From an uncultured Erysipelotrichaceae bacterium (GTDB lineage: Bacteria; Bacillota_I; Bacilli_A; RFN20; CAG-826): a stretch of DNA of 64,000 nucleotides. The notes under the pieces are model-generated. The model searched no databases and was not told where the DNA came from. It saw only the letters and a list, made by a program, of their open reading frames with translations. Positions 1 to 9,586 of the stretch are shown here, one piece after another; within the stretch, counting starts at the first letter, position 1, and every line of letters begins with the position of its first letter. The translations under genes and the position numbers were made by a program. The stretch covers positions 1,252 through 65,251 of the forward strand of contig CACYCS010000128.1 of assembly GCA_902773005.1 (NCBI GenBank), read 5' to 3'.

Positions 1-625
1 CATAAGGGCAATCCAAATCGATGTTCGCGGTGGGAAAGCCGATCTTCGTGCCGTTTTGGAAGCCCTTTACGACCTTTCCGTGGATTTCATAGGCTCGCCC
101 TAGCATCGAATTGGCCTTGGCGATGTCGCCTCTAGCAATCGCTTCCTTGATCGCGCTGGAGCTGATTTTCTCTTCGCCTTCTTTAAGTAGCGGGATGACT
201 CTGGTTTTTAGTTTCGAGGAAAGCCAATTCGCATCCCCCTCCCCTCCGCGGCCGAAGCGATAATCCTCGCCGACGACGGCAAGCTCAACGCCCAAATTCG
301 ATAGCACGTCCTCAACGAATTGCTCTTTTGAGAGGGAAAAGAAGTCCTGATTCGCTTCGACCACATATGCGTAATCGACCCCCATCCGATTGAGGAATCT
401 GATCTTGTCGTCTAGCCCCATCAAAACGGATTGCTTTTTGCCTGAAAGCACTTCCGCGGGCGAAGCGGAGAATAGCAATGCGCCAGAGTGGGCTGGTGCG
501 TGGAAGCGGGCCTCAACAAGAAGCTTCTGATGGCCTTTGTGGAAGCCATCGAAGGTCCCTAAAGCTAGGGCAAGGCCCTCCTTTCTTTCTGGGAGATGCC
601 GAATGTCAAAGCGGATTACCTCCAC
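1..625 (-). CDS. ribF: Bifunctional riboflavin kinase / FMN adenylyltransferase (RibF), N-terminal ~208 aa; the 3' end lies beyond the window edge
   Basis: Not in the ORF track because it is partial. Minus-strand translation from GTG at 625 gives VEVIRFD..LALGTFDGFHKGHQKLL (GxFDGxHxGH nucleotidyltransferase motif) and later GKVVKGFQNGTKIGFPTANI (riboflavin kinase motif). The start overlaps the truB stop by 1 nt, matching the classic truB-ribF order. Confidence 0.75.
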   Translation of the reverse strand, partial: MEVIRFDIRHLPERKEGLALALGTFDGFHKGHQKLLVEARFHAPAHSGALLFSASPAEVLSGKKQSVLMGLDDKIRFLNRMGVDYAYVVEANQDFFSLSKEQFVEDVLSNLGVELAVVGEDYRFGRGGEGDANWLSSKLKTRVIPLLKEGEEKISSSAIKEAIARGDIAKANSMLGRAYEIHGKVVKGFQNGTKIGFPTANIDLDCPY

Positions 626-1467
626 TAGAATAGCCCCCTCTCGGAATGGTAAAGGCCATCCTCTTGTTTGCGATATACCGCGATGGCCTCGCCTTTATGG
701 GAAAGGCAAAGCTTCGCCTCGGCTGAATCTAGCTTCATCTTCACCCCGTTTTTGGCGAGAGCCAATTGGGCTTCGCTTAGCTCGAATTTCGGCAGGGCAA
801 TGAATTCCAGCGGGGACAGTAGGTCGCTTTCCTCCACTTCCTCTAAGGGCTTGGTCTTTGAGATGTCGAAGCTTCCGACATTGATGCGGCGGAGGTTTGC
901 TAGGTGCCCAACTGTGCCGAGCTTCTTGCAGAAATCCTCTGCCAATACGCGGATATAGGTGCCGCTAGAGACGCTCGCGATGAAGTCGACTTGCTTTCCT
1001 AAGCGGAACAAAAGCTTGATCGAATAGACTTCGATCGGGCGAGGTTTCCGCTCGATCTCCTGCCCCTTGTGGGCAAGCTTATAGAGGGCTTGGCCATCGA
1101 CTTTGATTGCGCTGGTCATGGGAGGAATCTGCATCGAGGGGCCTAGCATCGACTCGAGCGCTTCCTTGATCTCGATATCGGTTATCGCGCGGAGAGGCTG
1201 CTTTTCCACCACTTCGCCGTCTTTGTCTCCGGTCGAGGTCTTCTCGCCCAAGACGCAGCTAGCGATATAGGTCTTCGGGGAATCGGAAAGGTATGGGAGG
1301 CATTTGGCCCCTTTGTTCACCGCGACCACAAGTAGCCCGGTCGCGAATGGGTCTAGGGTCCCTAGATGTCCCACTTTCCTCGTATGGAAAATCTTTTGGA
1401 TTTTGTTATCTACCGCGCGGCTAGTCAAACCCGCCGGCTTATCGATCAATAGGATTCCGTCTTGCAT
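625..1467 (-). CDS. truB: tRNA pseudouridine(55) synthase TruB
   Basis: Track ORF 625..1545. The likely start is ATG 1467 (MQDGILLIDKPAGLTS). It carries the GHLGTLDPFATGLL catalytic-Asp motif and a C-terminal PUA-like region. Confidence 0.9.
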   Translation of the reverse strand: MQDGILLIDKPAGLTSRAVDNKIQKIFHTRKVGHLGTLDPFATGLLVVAVNKGAKCLPYLSDSPKTYIASCVLGEKTSTGDKDGEVVEKQPLRAITDIEIKEALESMLGPSMQIPPMTSAIKVDGQALYKLAHKGQEIERKPRPIEVYSIKLLFRLGKQVDFIASVSSGTYIRVLAEDFCKKLGTVGHLANLRRINVGSFDISKTKPLEEVEESDLLSPLEFIALPKFELSEAQLALAKNGVKMKLDSAEAKLCLSHKGEAIAVYRKQEDGLYHSERGLF

Positions 1468-1513
1468 AGCGTTGCAATTATACACGAAAGAGAATCGAGT
1501 CGCCTTGGAAACG

Positions 1514-2872
1514 CTACAAAAGGAAGGCCATATAGAAAGGCACATTGACCTTCGACTCGTCTTCTTGGAACGGCTTATTGCTCACGACGATCGGCTTGCG
1601 TGAAAAATCAGAGAAGCGCGCTTTGAATCTCGTCAGGGAATTCGCGCGCTTCGTCGATGACGATTTGCATTCGATCGGCTGGACTTTTCCGTATTTGGAG
1701 AACAGAAAGTCTATCTCGTAATAAGAAAGCACCGGCTTTTCCTTCGTTCCGCTGTTTTCCGACCAATAGCCATAATAAAGCGAATGGCCCGAGGCGCGTA
1801 GCATTTGGCAAAGCAGGTTCTCGTAGAGGTAGCCCTCGTTGCTTCGAAGCTCATCGGAAAGAAATTTCGAATAGAAGGAACGCGCATCCGCTACGGTCAG
1901 ACCATAATAATGGCTGAGCCCCAGGCCGATGTCATTCATATACACCTTGAAGGCAGAAGGATCGACGCCGGATTTCAATCCGACCTCGAAATTCGCGGTT
2001 CTAGGGACAAGCGAGAATATCTTGCTTTCGCTCGCTTTCTCCTTGGTTGAATGGAATAGGGATGTCCTAGGGTCGATGCCAAGCAGATTCAATGGCGTTT
2101 TCCCAGATTGGCGCGCCATCAAGGTAGGAAGCAAATCGTAAATGGCGCGCGTATTGGTTTTGTAGCTTCCATCGACTTTCGCCAAATCCTCTTCGTATAG
2201 GCCTAATATCTCGCGCTTCTTCCGCTCGACCATCGACATGTCGTTAGTCGATACGAACGCGCTTACGGCTTGAGGCATTCCCCCGATTGCCATATATAAG
2301 CGCAAATCGGCAAGTAGCGATGAGGAAGCCGGGGCATCCAAAAGGTAGCGGCGGCCGAGGTAAATTTCCCGCAGCAAATCAGATTTCGCCTTTTTTCCAA
2401 TCGCCCATAGGAATTCCTCGAAATCCATGGGGAAAAGCTCCATGCGCTCCTCTTCGCTTGGGATTTGGATTTGCTTTGAGTTCTCCTTGATTGAGATAAG
2501 GGACCCGGTTTCGATGTAATGGTACCTTCCGTCAAGGACCAGCAATTTGATCGCTTCGCGCGCTTTGACGCAGAACTGGACTTCGTCGAAGACCAGAAGC
2601 GACCCCTTTGGCAAAGGCGCGATGCCTAACGCTAGGAAAAGGCTCACGAAGAAGGCGTCCAAATCGCTGACATCGTCAAAGCATTTGGCAACATTAGCCG
2701 AGGCGTATTTGAAATCGATGATCTTGTAGTTCTTGCCATAATTGGCCTTGGCGAATTCGTCGCATAGCGTGCTTTTACCGACGCGTCTAGCGCCTTCAAT
2801 CAGCAAAGCGGAAGAACCGTTTGAGGCATTTTTCCAATCCTCAAGTTGCTTCATTGCCTTTCTTTCAAACAT
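1514..2872 (-). CDS. AAA+ ATPase of the AAA_14 + DUF4143 type (COG1373-like) with a C-terminal nuclease-like E..D..ExK block
   Basis: 452 aa. Walker A is GARRVGKST and Walker B is LLVFDEVQ. The C-terminus reads YENLL...YYEIDFLF...IECKSS. A GGGAGG RBS precedes ATG 2872. Confidence 0.75.
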   Translation of the reverse strand: MFERKAMKQLEDWKNASNGSSALLIEGARRVGKSTLCDEFAKANYGKNYKIIDFKYASANVAKCFDDVSDLDAFFVSLFLALGIAPLPKGSLLVFDEVQFCVKAREAIKLLVLDGRYHYIETGSLISIKENSKQIQIPSEEERMELFPMDFEEFLWAIGKKAKSDLLREIYLGRRYLLDAPASSSLLADLRLYMAIGGMPQAVSAFVSTNDMSMVERKKREILGLYEEDLAKVDGSYKTNTRAIYDLLPTLMARQSGKTPLNLLGIDPRTSLFHSTKEKASESKIFSLVPRTANFEVGLKSGVDPSAFKVYMNDIGLGLSHYYGLTVADARSFYSKFLSDELRSNEGYLYENLLCQMLRASGHSLYYGYWSENSGTKEKPVLSYYEIDFLFSKYGKVQPIECKSSSTKRANSLTRFKARFSDFSRKPIVVSNKPFQEDESKVNVPFYMAFLL

Positions 2873-2903
2873 TGTTCGCCTCCCATCGCATCTTTTTCAA
2901 GTC

Positions 2904-3019
2904 AAATGCAAATTTTGGTACAACAATTTTACACAAAAATGCAAATTTTGGTACATGTTTTTAGGTCGAAAATGCAAATTTTGGTACAACAATTTGGTTG
3001 AAAATGCAAATTTTGGTAC
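2904..3019 (+). repeat. Four direct 18-bp iterons AAATGCAAATTTTGGTAC at 33/33/32-bp phasing, in the promoter region of the DUF4143-type ATPase
   Basis: Exact copies at 2904-2921, 2937-2954, 2970-2987 and 3002-3019. Copies 1 and 3 extend to ...ACAACAATTT. Confidence 0.95.
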
Positions 3020-3025
3020 GAGAGT

Positions 3026-3427
3026 TTACATGAACAAAACCCATGGAGCGTCGTAAGAGGCGATTTTCTGGTCGTGCGTTAGAAATTTCATCCGCATGGC
3101 GGTCGACGCTCCAAGCAAAAGGCGGTCGAAAGGATCATGATGGTCCAAACCTTCTGGTTGGGCAATGCTCATGCTTGCTAAAAGCTGGTCTTGGGCAATG
3201 GGGAGCACCACTATGCCGGTTTCGTTGCAGCCTTCGATGAATTCCTCGGCGGTGAGGGTTATGGAGTCTGGCCTTTTCGCGTGCTTGATGCCGATTTCCC
3301 AAGCCGAAGCGAGGCTCACGAAGACATTGTTGCTTCGATCGGCAATCAATTCTTTGGCAAGCCTTGGCATCTTCTTTTCGCCAAGCAGATACCAATACGC
3401 CATATGCGTGTCGAGCAGGATGTCCAT
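3026..3427 (-). CDS. vapC: PIN-domain toxin, VapC family
   Basis: 133 aa. Motifs are MDILLDTH (N-terminal Asp), SLASAWEIGIK and HHDPFDRLLL. The start lies 2 nt after the antitoxin stop. Confidence 0.85.
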   Translation of the reverse strand: MDILLDTHMAYWYLLGEKKMPRLAKELIADRSNNVFVSLASAWEIGIKHAKRPDSITLTAEEFIEGCNETGIVVLPIAQDQLLASMSIAQPEGLDHHDPFDRLLLGASTAMRMKFLTHDQKIASYDAPWVLFM

Positions 3428-3429
3428 CG

Positions 3430-3675
3430 CTATTCCCCTTCGAACTCATTCGCGATTTCTTGATCTAACTCGAAGAAATCCGTTTTGGATCCTTTTGCGT
3501 TTTTGCCTTTTAGCACTCCAAAAGGGCGCGGCTCCTCGGGGGCAGGAGAAATAGGGACGCAGCGGGCGATTGGCTTGCCGCGGTTGCAGAAGATGATCTC
3601 CTTTTCCGCGCCGGACTCAAGCAGTTGCATGAGCTTCGACAAATTGGTCTTCGCCTCGTACACATTCACGGTCAT
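3430..3675 (-). CDS. Phd/YefM-type antitoxin
   Basis: The MTVNVYEAKTNLSKLMQLLE N-terminus is typical of Phd/YefM. AGGAGG sits 8 nt upstream of ATG 3675; the track start at 3681 is too close to the RBS. Confidence 0.8.
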   Translation of the reverse strand: MTVNVYEAKTNLSKLMQLLESGAEKEIIFCNRGKPIARCVPISPAPEEPRPFGVLKGKNAKGSKTDFFELDQEIANEFEGE

Positions 3676-3764
3676 ACGCATTCCTCCTGGTCAACTTGAC
3701 CAGCTTGATTATAATGTCTCACCCGGTCTACATCGATAGGAAAGCGTCTCGCTTAGAAACCTTT

Positions 3765-4700
3765 TTATATTTCGCTAGACCTTGCTAAAAGAAATTTGTC
3801 GCAAAGGTAATCCTCAGCCTCTTGGTCGCCGTATATTCTTTCAAGCACCACCGAATCGCGATGGGGATAGATCTCAGGGGCTGCATTGGCCTTGCGGAAT
3901 TCCTTGGGGGTGCAGCCATATCTCTTCTTGAATAGTCGCGTCATGTATTTGGGGTCGGAGAAGCCGGCCTCATAGGAGATGTCGATGATGCTTTTGGAGG
4001 AATTCCGCATCAGAAGCACCGCGGTTTCAAGCCGCTTCTCGGCAAGATAATCCTGGTATCTCACCCCTAGCCCTTCCGAGAATAGATGCGAAAGATGGGT
4101 TGGGGTGATGCCTTCGCTAGAGGCGATTTCATCTAGCGAAAGCGGACCTTGGTGATGGGCGTCGATATAGCTTACGATCCTTTCTAGCCTCTCCGCGTTC
4201 TTGCGCCTGCTATCGAGATCCCTCTGCTTCAGGTCTTCGTGAGGCACGCTAACGAAAACGAGGCTTAGAAGGCGAAGGCAGAAGTCGATTGATTTCGCAC
4301 GATAATCCCCTTCTTCTTTGAAATATGTTGAGGCGATTTGCAGCGCCTCGCGATAGGTTTCTTCATAACGTTCCCCTAGGTATTCCCTCAGGTTGCAGTT
4401 CCGATAGCTTTTGGAGTGCAATTCCGGAAGGTAGGAGGCGAGGAAGCGATTCGAGATCTGAAAGAATAGTCCAATCATTGAGCCTTCGATCGAATGGGCC
4501 GCGTTGCTATCCAAAAACGCGGCATCTCCTGCGCAAACCGTCAGATTTCCGCCTAGATAATGGAACGTCGCTTCCCCTTCGAGGACAAAGCAGATCTCAT
4601 AATCCCCGTGCAAGTGCTGGGTGCGGTATTTGACTTCATCGACGAAAACGCGGATATGCCTTACCTTCGGGTAGCGGACGATCTCATATTCCTGGCTCAT
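3765..4700 (-). CDS. AraC-family transcriptional regulator (cupin sensor + HTH_18)
   Basis: N-terminal cupin ([19 protein letters not shown]) and C-terminal AraC HTH ([21 protein letters not shown]...[24 protein letters not shown]). Divergent from the sugar operon. Likely start is MSQEYEIV at 4700. Confidence 0.85.
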   Translation of the reverse strand: MSQEYEIVRYPKVRHIRVFVDEVKYRTQHLHGDYEICFVLEGEATFHYLGGNLTVCAGDAAFLDSNAAHSIEGSMIGLFFQISNRFLASYLPELHSKSYRNCNLREYLGERYEETYREALQIASTYFKEEGDYRAKSIDFCLRLLSLVFVSVPHEDLKQRDLDSRRKNAERLERIVSYIDAHHQGPLSLDEIASSEGITPTHLSHLFSEGLGVRYQDYLAEKRLETAVLLMRNSSKSIIDISYEAGFSDPKYMTRLFKKRYGCTPKEFRKANAAPEIYPHRDSVVLERIYGDQEAEDYLCDKFLLARSSEI

Positions 4701-4801
4701 GGATGAATTATGGGGCTGACAAAGCAAAATCGCAAGATTGTCATATTAATTTCATTCATTCGTCATTGTTTGAAACTTCGGATAGGCTACTATGTAGGCA
4801 T

Positions 4802-7072
4802 ATGAAGAAATACCTAGGAATCGAATTCGGTTCAACCCGCATCAAGGGCGTTTTGATCGACGAGAACCACAACATCATCGCAAGCGGATCCCATACTTGG
4901 GAAAACGTTTTGCGCAATGGCGTCTGGACCTATAGCCTAGATGACGCCAAGCAGGGACTGAAGAACTGCTACTCTGCGCTAAAGCGGGAATACGAAGTCA
5001 AATACGATGAGACGCTTTCCCATATCGATGCGATTGGCATCTCGGGGATGATGCATGGCTACCTCGTATTCGACAAATCGGGGAAGCAGCTTGCCGAATT
5101 CCGCACCTGGAGGAATACCATCACCGAGGAGGCGAGCAATCGGCTCACCAAGGAACTCGGATTCCACGTCCCGCAAAGATGGTCCGCCTGCCACGTTTAT
5201 CAAGCGATTCTAAATGGCGAGCCCGAGGCCAAAGAGATCGCCTTCATGACGACGCTTGCCGGATATTTCCATTATCTTCTCACAGGCCGCAAAGTGCTTG
5301 GCATCGGCGAAGCTAGCGGCGTGTTCCCAATCGATGAGAACGCGAAAGACTACAACCAGAGAATGGTTGAGAAATACGATGAGCTTGTGAAGAATGCGGT
5401 TCCTTGGACCTTCCGCGAAATCGCGCCTAAGGTATTGGTCGCTGGCGAAGATGCCGGATCCTTGACCGCGTTTGGACGCGACTTGCTAGACGCTAGTCAA
5501 GACCTTGAATGTGATATCCCCTTCTGCCCGCCCGAAGGCGATATGGGAACCGGCATGGTCGCGACCAATTCACTAGGCATCGGAACCGGCAACGCCTCCA
5601 TCGGCACAAGCTCCAACCTTACGATCGTCACTGGGCGCGACATCGGCATCTATCCTGAGATCGATGTCATCACTTCCCCTACTGGCATTAACGCCGCGCT
5701 TGTCCACGTCAATAACGGCACAAGCGAAATCAACGCATGGGAGAAGCTCTTCAAGGAAGTTGTCTCGAACTTCGATGAAGACGCATCCGATGGGGACGTG
5801 TATTCGTTAATGTTCAACAAAGCCCTAGAGGGTGATAAGAATGTCAAAGGCCTATACGGGGTCGATTACTTCTCAGGCGAACCCGTAACTCGGGTCAACG
5901 AAGGCAAATTGCTATTCATGCGCGAGCCCGACGCCAAGATGGATTTAGCCAATTTCATGCGTCTCCATATCGACGCCCTCCTTGCAACCATTCGGATTGG
6001 AGCAGACATCCTGAGAGTCAACGAAGGCGTCAAGCTCACAAAGGTCGTTGGGCATGGCGGGTTCTTCAAAACCCCGAGAGTCGGACAATTGCTCCTAAGC
6101 GCATCCTTGGATTGCCCGGTCGCGACCTTATCTAGCGCTAGCGAAGGCGGACCCTATGGAGAAGCGATCCTCGCGGCGTATCTTATCGAGAAGCAAGAAG
6201 GCGAGACGTTAGAGAACTACGTAGAAAAGAAAGTCTTCGCGAAGCAGGATTCCCTTGAAATCATGGCGGAGCCCGCCGATGTAGAGGGTTTTGAATCATT
6301 CCTGCTCGATTACAAGAAATCCCTTCATATAGAAAAAGAAGCGATACGTGCATTCAAAAAGAAACAGGATGACTCGCTTGAAGCGATGAAGCAGCGCGTC
6401 TATGAGCAGAATATGCGCCTCGTCAAGGAAGGGCTAGTGACCCTCACTTGGGGCAACGTATCCGAGATTGACCGCGGCAAAGGAATCGTGGTCATCAAGC
6501 CTTCTGGCGTCCCATATGAGAAAATGAGCAAAGACGATATGGTCGTCCTTGATCTAGATGGCAACGTGATCGAAGGAAGGCTCAATCCTTCTAGCGACAC
6601 CCCCACTCATCTTGAGTTGTACCGCAAGTTCCCTAATATCGGCGGCATCGTCCATACACACAGCACCCATGCCGTTGCATTCGCTCAGGCAAAGCAATCA
6701 ATCGTAAGCCTAGGCACCACCCACGCGGATACCTTCTATAAAGAGATTCCCTGCACGAGGGCCCTCACGAAGGAAGAGATCGAAAGCGACTACGAGCTCA
6801 ATACGGGCAAGGTCATCGTTGAGACCTTCGCTAGTCGCGACCCAATCGCCACCCCTGGCGTCATCGTCGCATCCCACGGTCCCTTCAGCTGGGGGAAATC
6901 CGCGAAGGAGGCAGTCGACCACGCGATTGTCCTAGAAGAGGTCGCCAAGATGGCGATCCTAACTCGAATAATCGATGCACGGGTCGCTCCAATTGATCCG
7001 AATCTAGAAGAAAAGCACTATCAAAGGAAACATGGCAAAAACGCCTATTATGGCCAAAAGGAGGAAAATTGA
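4802..7072 (+). CDS. Fusion protein: FGGY-family sugar kinase (ribulokinase-like) + L-ribulose-5-phosphate 4-epimerase (AraD, class II aldolase fold)
   Basis: The N-terminus [20 protein letters not shown] is an ASKHA/FGGY phosphate-1 motif. The C-terminal ~230 aa are near-collinear with E. coli AraD ([61 protein letters not shown]). It is one uninterrupted 789-aa ORF in the track. Confidence 0.8.
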   Translation: MKKYLGIEFGSTRIKGVLIDENHNIIASGSHTWENVLRNGVWTYSLDDAKQGLKNCYSALKREYEVKYDETLSHIDAIGISGMMHGYLVFDKSGKQLAEFRTWRNTITEEASNRLTKELGFHVPQRWSACHVYQAILNGEPEAKEIAFMTTLAGYFHYLLTGRKVLGIGEASGVFPIDENAKDYNQRMVEKYDELVKNAVPWTFREIAPKVLVAGEDAGSLTAFGRDLLDASQDLECDIPFCPPEGDMGTGMVATNSLGIGTGNASIGTSSNLTIVTGRDIGIYPEIDVITSPTGINAALVHVNNGTSEINAWEKLFKEVVSNFDEDASDGDVYSLMFNKALEGDKNVKGLYGVDYFSGEPVTRVNEGKLLFMREPDAKMDLANFMRLHIDALLATIRIGADILRVNEGVKLTKVVGHGGFFKTPRVGQLLLSASLDCPVATLSSASEGGPYGEAILAAYLIEKQEGETLENYVEKKVFAKQDSLEIMAEPADVEGFESFLLDYKKSLHIEKEAIRAFKKKQDDSLEAMKQRVYEQNMRLVKEGLVTLTWGNVSEIDRGKGIVVIKPSGVPYEKMSKDDMVVLDLDGNVIEGRLNPSSDTPTHLELYRKFPNIGGIVHTHSTHAVAFAQAKQSIVSLGTTHADTFYKEIPCTRALTKEEIESDYELNTGKVIVETFASRDPIATPGVIVASHGPFSWGKSAKEAVDHAIVLEEVAKMAILTRIIDARVAPIDPNLEEKHYQRKHGKNAYYGQKEEN

Positions 7073-7073
7073 C

Positions 7074-8555
7074 ATGAACAACATCCCACACGCGAAAGTC
7101 GGCATCGTCGCCGTAAGCAGAGACTGCTTCCCGCTTGAGCTTTCCATCAAGCGCAGGAAAGCCTTAGCCGAGGCGTATCGCCGCAAATACGACGAAAACG
7201 ACATCTATGAATGCCCGATCTGCATCTTCGAGAGCGAGATCGACATGGTGAATTCGCTCAAAGACATCAAGGAGCATGGCTGCAACGCGCTTTGCGTGTA
7301 TCTAGGCAACTTCGGACCCGAGATCAGCGAGACCCTCCTCGCCAAGCACTTCGACGGACCCGTGATGTTCTGCGCCGCCGAAGAAGAAAACGTCGGCGTC
7401 CTCTCTAGCGATAGAGGCGATGCCTATTGCGGCATGCTGAACGCCTCATATAACCTAAAGCTTCGCAACGTCAAGGCCTATATCCCCGAGTCGCCCGTAG
7501 GCGATGCCGAGGATTGCGCGGACATGATCCACGATTTCCTGCCGATCGCCCGCACCATCATCGGGCTTAGCAAACTCAAGATCATCTCCTTCGGGCCTCG
7601 CCCCCAGAACTTCCTCGCCTGCAACGCCCCGATCAAGCAGCTCTATAATATCGACGTCGAGATCGAGGAGAATAGCGAGCTCGACCTCTATGAAGCCTAT
7701 CTAAAGCATGAGGGCGATCCCCGCATCCCCGAGGTTGTCGAGGACATGAAGAAAGAGCTAGGCGAAGGGAACAAGATCCCCGCGGTCCTGCCAAAGCTCG
7801 CCCAATATGAGCTCGCGCTGCTAGATTGGATCGAAAAGCACAAAGGGTATCGCGAATACGTCGCGATCGCCGGCAAATGCTGGCCCGCATTCCAAACGAT
7901 GTTCGGCTTCGTCCCCTGCTACGTCAATAGCCGCCTTACCGGAAGGGGCATCCCGGTGTCCTGCGAAGTCGATATCTATGGGGCCCTAAGCGAGTTCATC
8001 GGGACCTGCGTCTCGGAAGAGCCCGTCACATTGCTAGACATCAATAACACCGTTCCGAAAGAGATGTACAAAGCCTCGATCGAAGGCAAATTCGACTATT
8101 CCCTCAGGGATACCTTCATGGGCTTCCATTGCGGCAACACCTGCTCGAAGCTCATCTGCCACCCGGAGATGAAATACCAGAAGATCATGGCGAGGTCTTT
8201 GCCTAGGGAAGTCACTAACGGCACCCTCGAAGGCGACATCAATCCAGGCGACATCACCTTCTACCGCCTGCAATCTACCGCCGACAACCATCTCTATGCC
8301 TATGTCGCAGAGGGCGAGATATTGCCAGTCGCCACCCACTCCTTTGGAAGCATCGCCGTCTTCGCGATCAAGGAGATGGGCCGATTCTACCGCCACGTCC
8401 TCATCGAAAACGGCTTCCCCCACCATGGCGCGGTCGCCTTTGGCCACTATGGGAAGGCGATGTTCGAGGTCTTCAAATACCTTGGCGCCGAGAAAATCGG
8501 CTACAACCAGCCCTCTGGCGTCCCTTATCCTAGCGAGAACCCCTACGCAAAATGA
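7074..8555 (+). CDS. L-fucose/L-arabinose isomerase-family sugar isomerase (COG2407-like, not canonical AraA)
   Basis: 493 aa from ATG 7074, with RBS AAAGGAGGA at 7057-7065. The length and the N-terminal KVGIVAVSRDCFP...GNFGPE layout resemble the FucI-like family. It sits in a sugar operon. Confidence 0.6.
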   Translation: MNNIPHAKVGIVAVSRDCFPLELSIKRRKALAEAYRRKYDENDIYECPICIFESEIDMVNSLKDIKEHGCNALCVYLGNFGPEISETLLAKHFDGPVMFCAAEEENVGVLSSDRGDAYCGMLNASYNLKLRNVKAYIPESPVGDAEDCADMIHDFLPIARTIIGLSKLKIISFGPRPQNFLACNAPIKQLYNIDVEIEENSELDLYEAYLKHEGDPRIPEVVEDMKKELGEGNKIPAVLPKLAQYELALLDWIEKHKGYREYVAIAGKCWPAFQTMFGFVPCYVNSRLTGRGIPVSCEVDIYGALSEFIGTCVSEEPVTLLDINNTVPKEMYKASIEGKFDYSLRDTFMGFHCGNTCSKLICHPEMKYQKIMARSLPREVTNGTLEGDINPGDITFYRLQSTADNHLYAYVAEGEILPVATHSFGSIAVFAIKEMGRFYRHVLIENGFPHHGAVAFGHYGKAMFEVFKYLGAEKIGYNQPSGVPYPSENPYAK

Positions 8556-9157
8556 AGATCTATAGTGTTTATGATCCCGAATTCGCTAGATTCGGGCGGA
8601 TTCTAGAAGGCGACCATTCTCGGATTCTGAAACTGCTGGAAGACACTCCCTTGCCAGAAAACGGAACGATCTATTGCCCTAGCGATCCAAAGCTTGAAGA
8701 GGAGGGGATCCTCGCCCACTTCGAAGATGACATCTATGGCGGGATGCCCGTGCAGATCGGCTATTGCAATGGCTTCAACCAAAAGCTCAATTGCCTCGAA
8801 TACCATAAGAGCAACGAAGTCAATATGGCCAACGAAGACTTCATCTTAATCCTAGGGAGCTACTTCGATATCGAAAATGAGAGATTCGACACCAAAAACG
8901 CCATGGCGTTCAAGGTGCCCGCCAAAGTCGCGGTGGAAATCTATTCGACCACCCTCCACTACGCTCCCTGCGGGATAAATGGGTCATCATTCAAGGTCCT
9001 CGTCGTCCTCCCGAAAGGGACGAACGTCGAAAGCAAGAGGAACGAAAAGGACAGAACGTTATGGGCGACCAACAAATGGCTCTTCGCCCACAAGGAATCC
9101 AAAGAAGCCTCCGAAGGAGCCTATATCGGCTTGCTTGGCGAGAACCTCGAAGTGTAG
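8552..9157 (+). CDS. DUF4867-like small protein commonly linked to sugar isomerase operons
   Basis: 201 aa starting MKIYSVYDPEFARFGRILEG. The start overlaps the isomerase stop by 4 nt. The family call is from memory only. Confidence 0.45.
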   Translation: MKIYSVYDPEFARFGRILEGDHSRILKLLEDTPLPENGTIYCPSDPKLEEEGILAHFEDDIYGGMPVQIGYCNGFNQKLNCLEYHKSNEVNMANEDFILILGSYFDIENERFDTKNAMAFKVPAKVAVEIYSTTLHYAPCGINGSSFKVLVVLPKGTNVESKRNEKDRTLWATNKWLFAHKESKEASEGAYIGLLGENLEV

Positions 9158-9166
9158 CAAATGGAA

Positions 9167-9198
9167 CACGCGCCGCGACAAATGCGGCGCGTTTTCTT
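9167..9198 (+). terminator. Rho-independent terminator of the sugar operon
   Basis: Stem CGCGCCGC (9169-9176), loop GACAAAT, stem GCGGCGCG (9184-9191), then TTTTCTT. Confidence 0.8.
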
Positions 9199-9586
9199 GC
9201 ACATTAATCAGTATGACGTGAGCCTTTCTGGGTTCATGGGCTTCTTTTGAACCTCAAGAACTAACTCACGCGCCTTTGAATCCGCCATTCCTTTTCTTGG
9301 CGCTCTTTCAAGCGTGTCACCTCAGTAGATGAGATTGGGGGGTGAGCAAATACCAATGTCTCCCAACAAGCAGCGCATTATCCAATAGGCAGGCCACGGT
9401 GGGGTAAGCCTATTCTAGCGATACGCTCATTAGTCTAGCCAACTTGCGCTAAGCGAAGGGGAACAATCGCTCAATTCCTTCTGGCACATTGGAAATATCC
9501 GGCGATCGAGTTTGATTTGGGATGCAACTTCTTTGGAACTTAAGTTATCATTATTTAGGATTCGAAATGCAGAAAGGAGGCTTCCT

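Noticed and set aside
537-958. Plus-strand ORFs 537-803 and 668-958 at the ribF/truB junction.
   Set aside because: They are antisense to ribF and truB, which carry unambiguous family motifs.
9199-9586. Possible RNA gene or riboswitch in the long intergenic regions (9199-9586, 14255-14626, 16236-16548, 11301-11671).
   Set aside because: I could not recognise any tRNA cloverleaf, rRNA segment or known riboswitch core. The short ORFs there (9430-9705, 14340-14582) lack an RBS and motifs. A shared 10-mer ATGTCTCCCA upstream of both AlbA_2 genes is too short to interpret.
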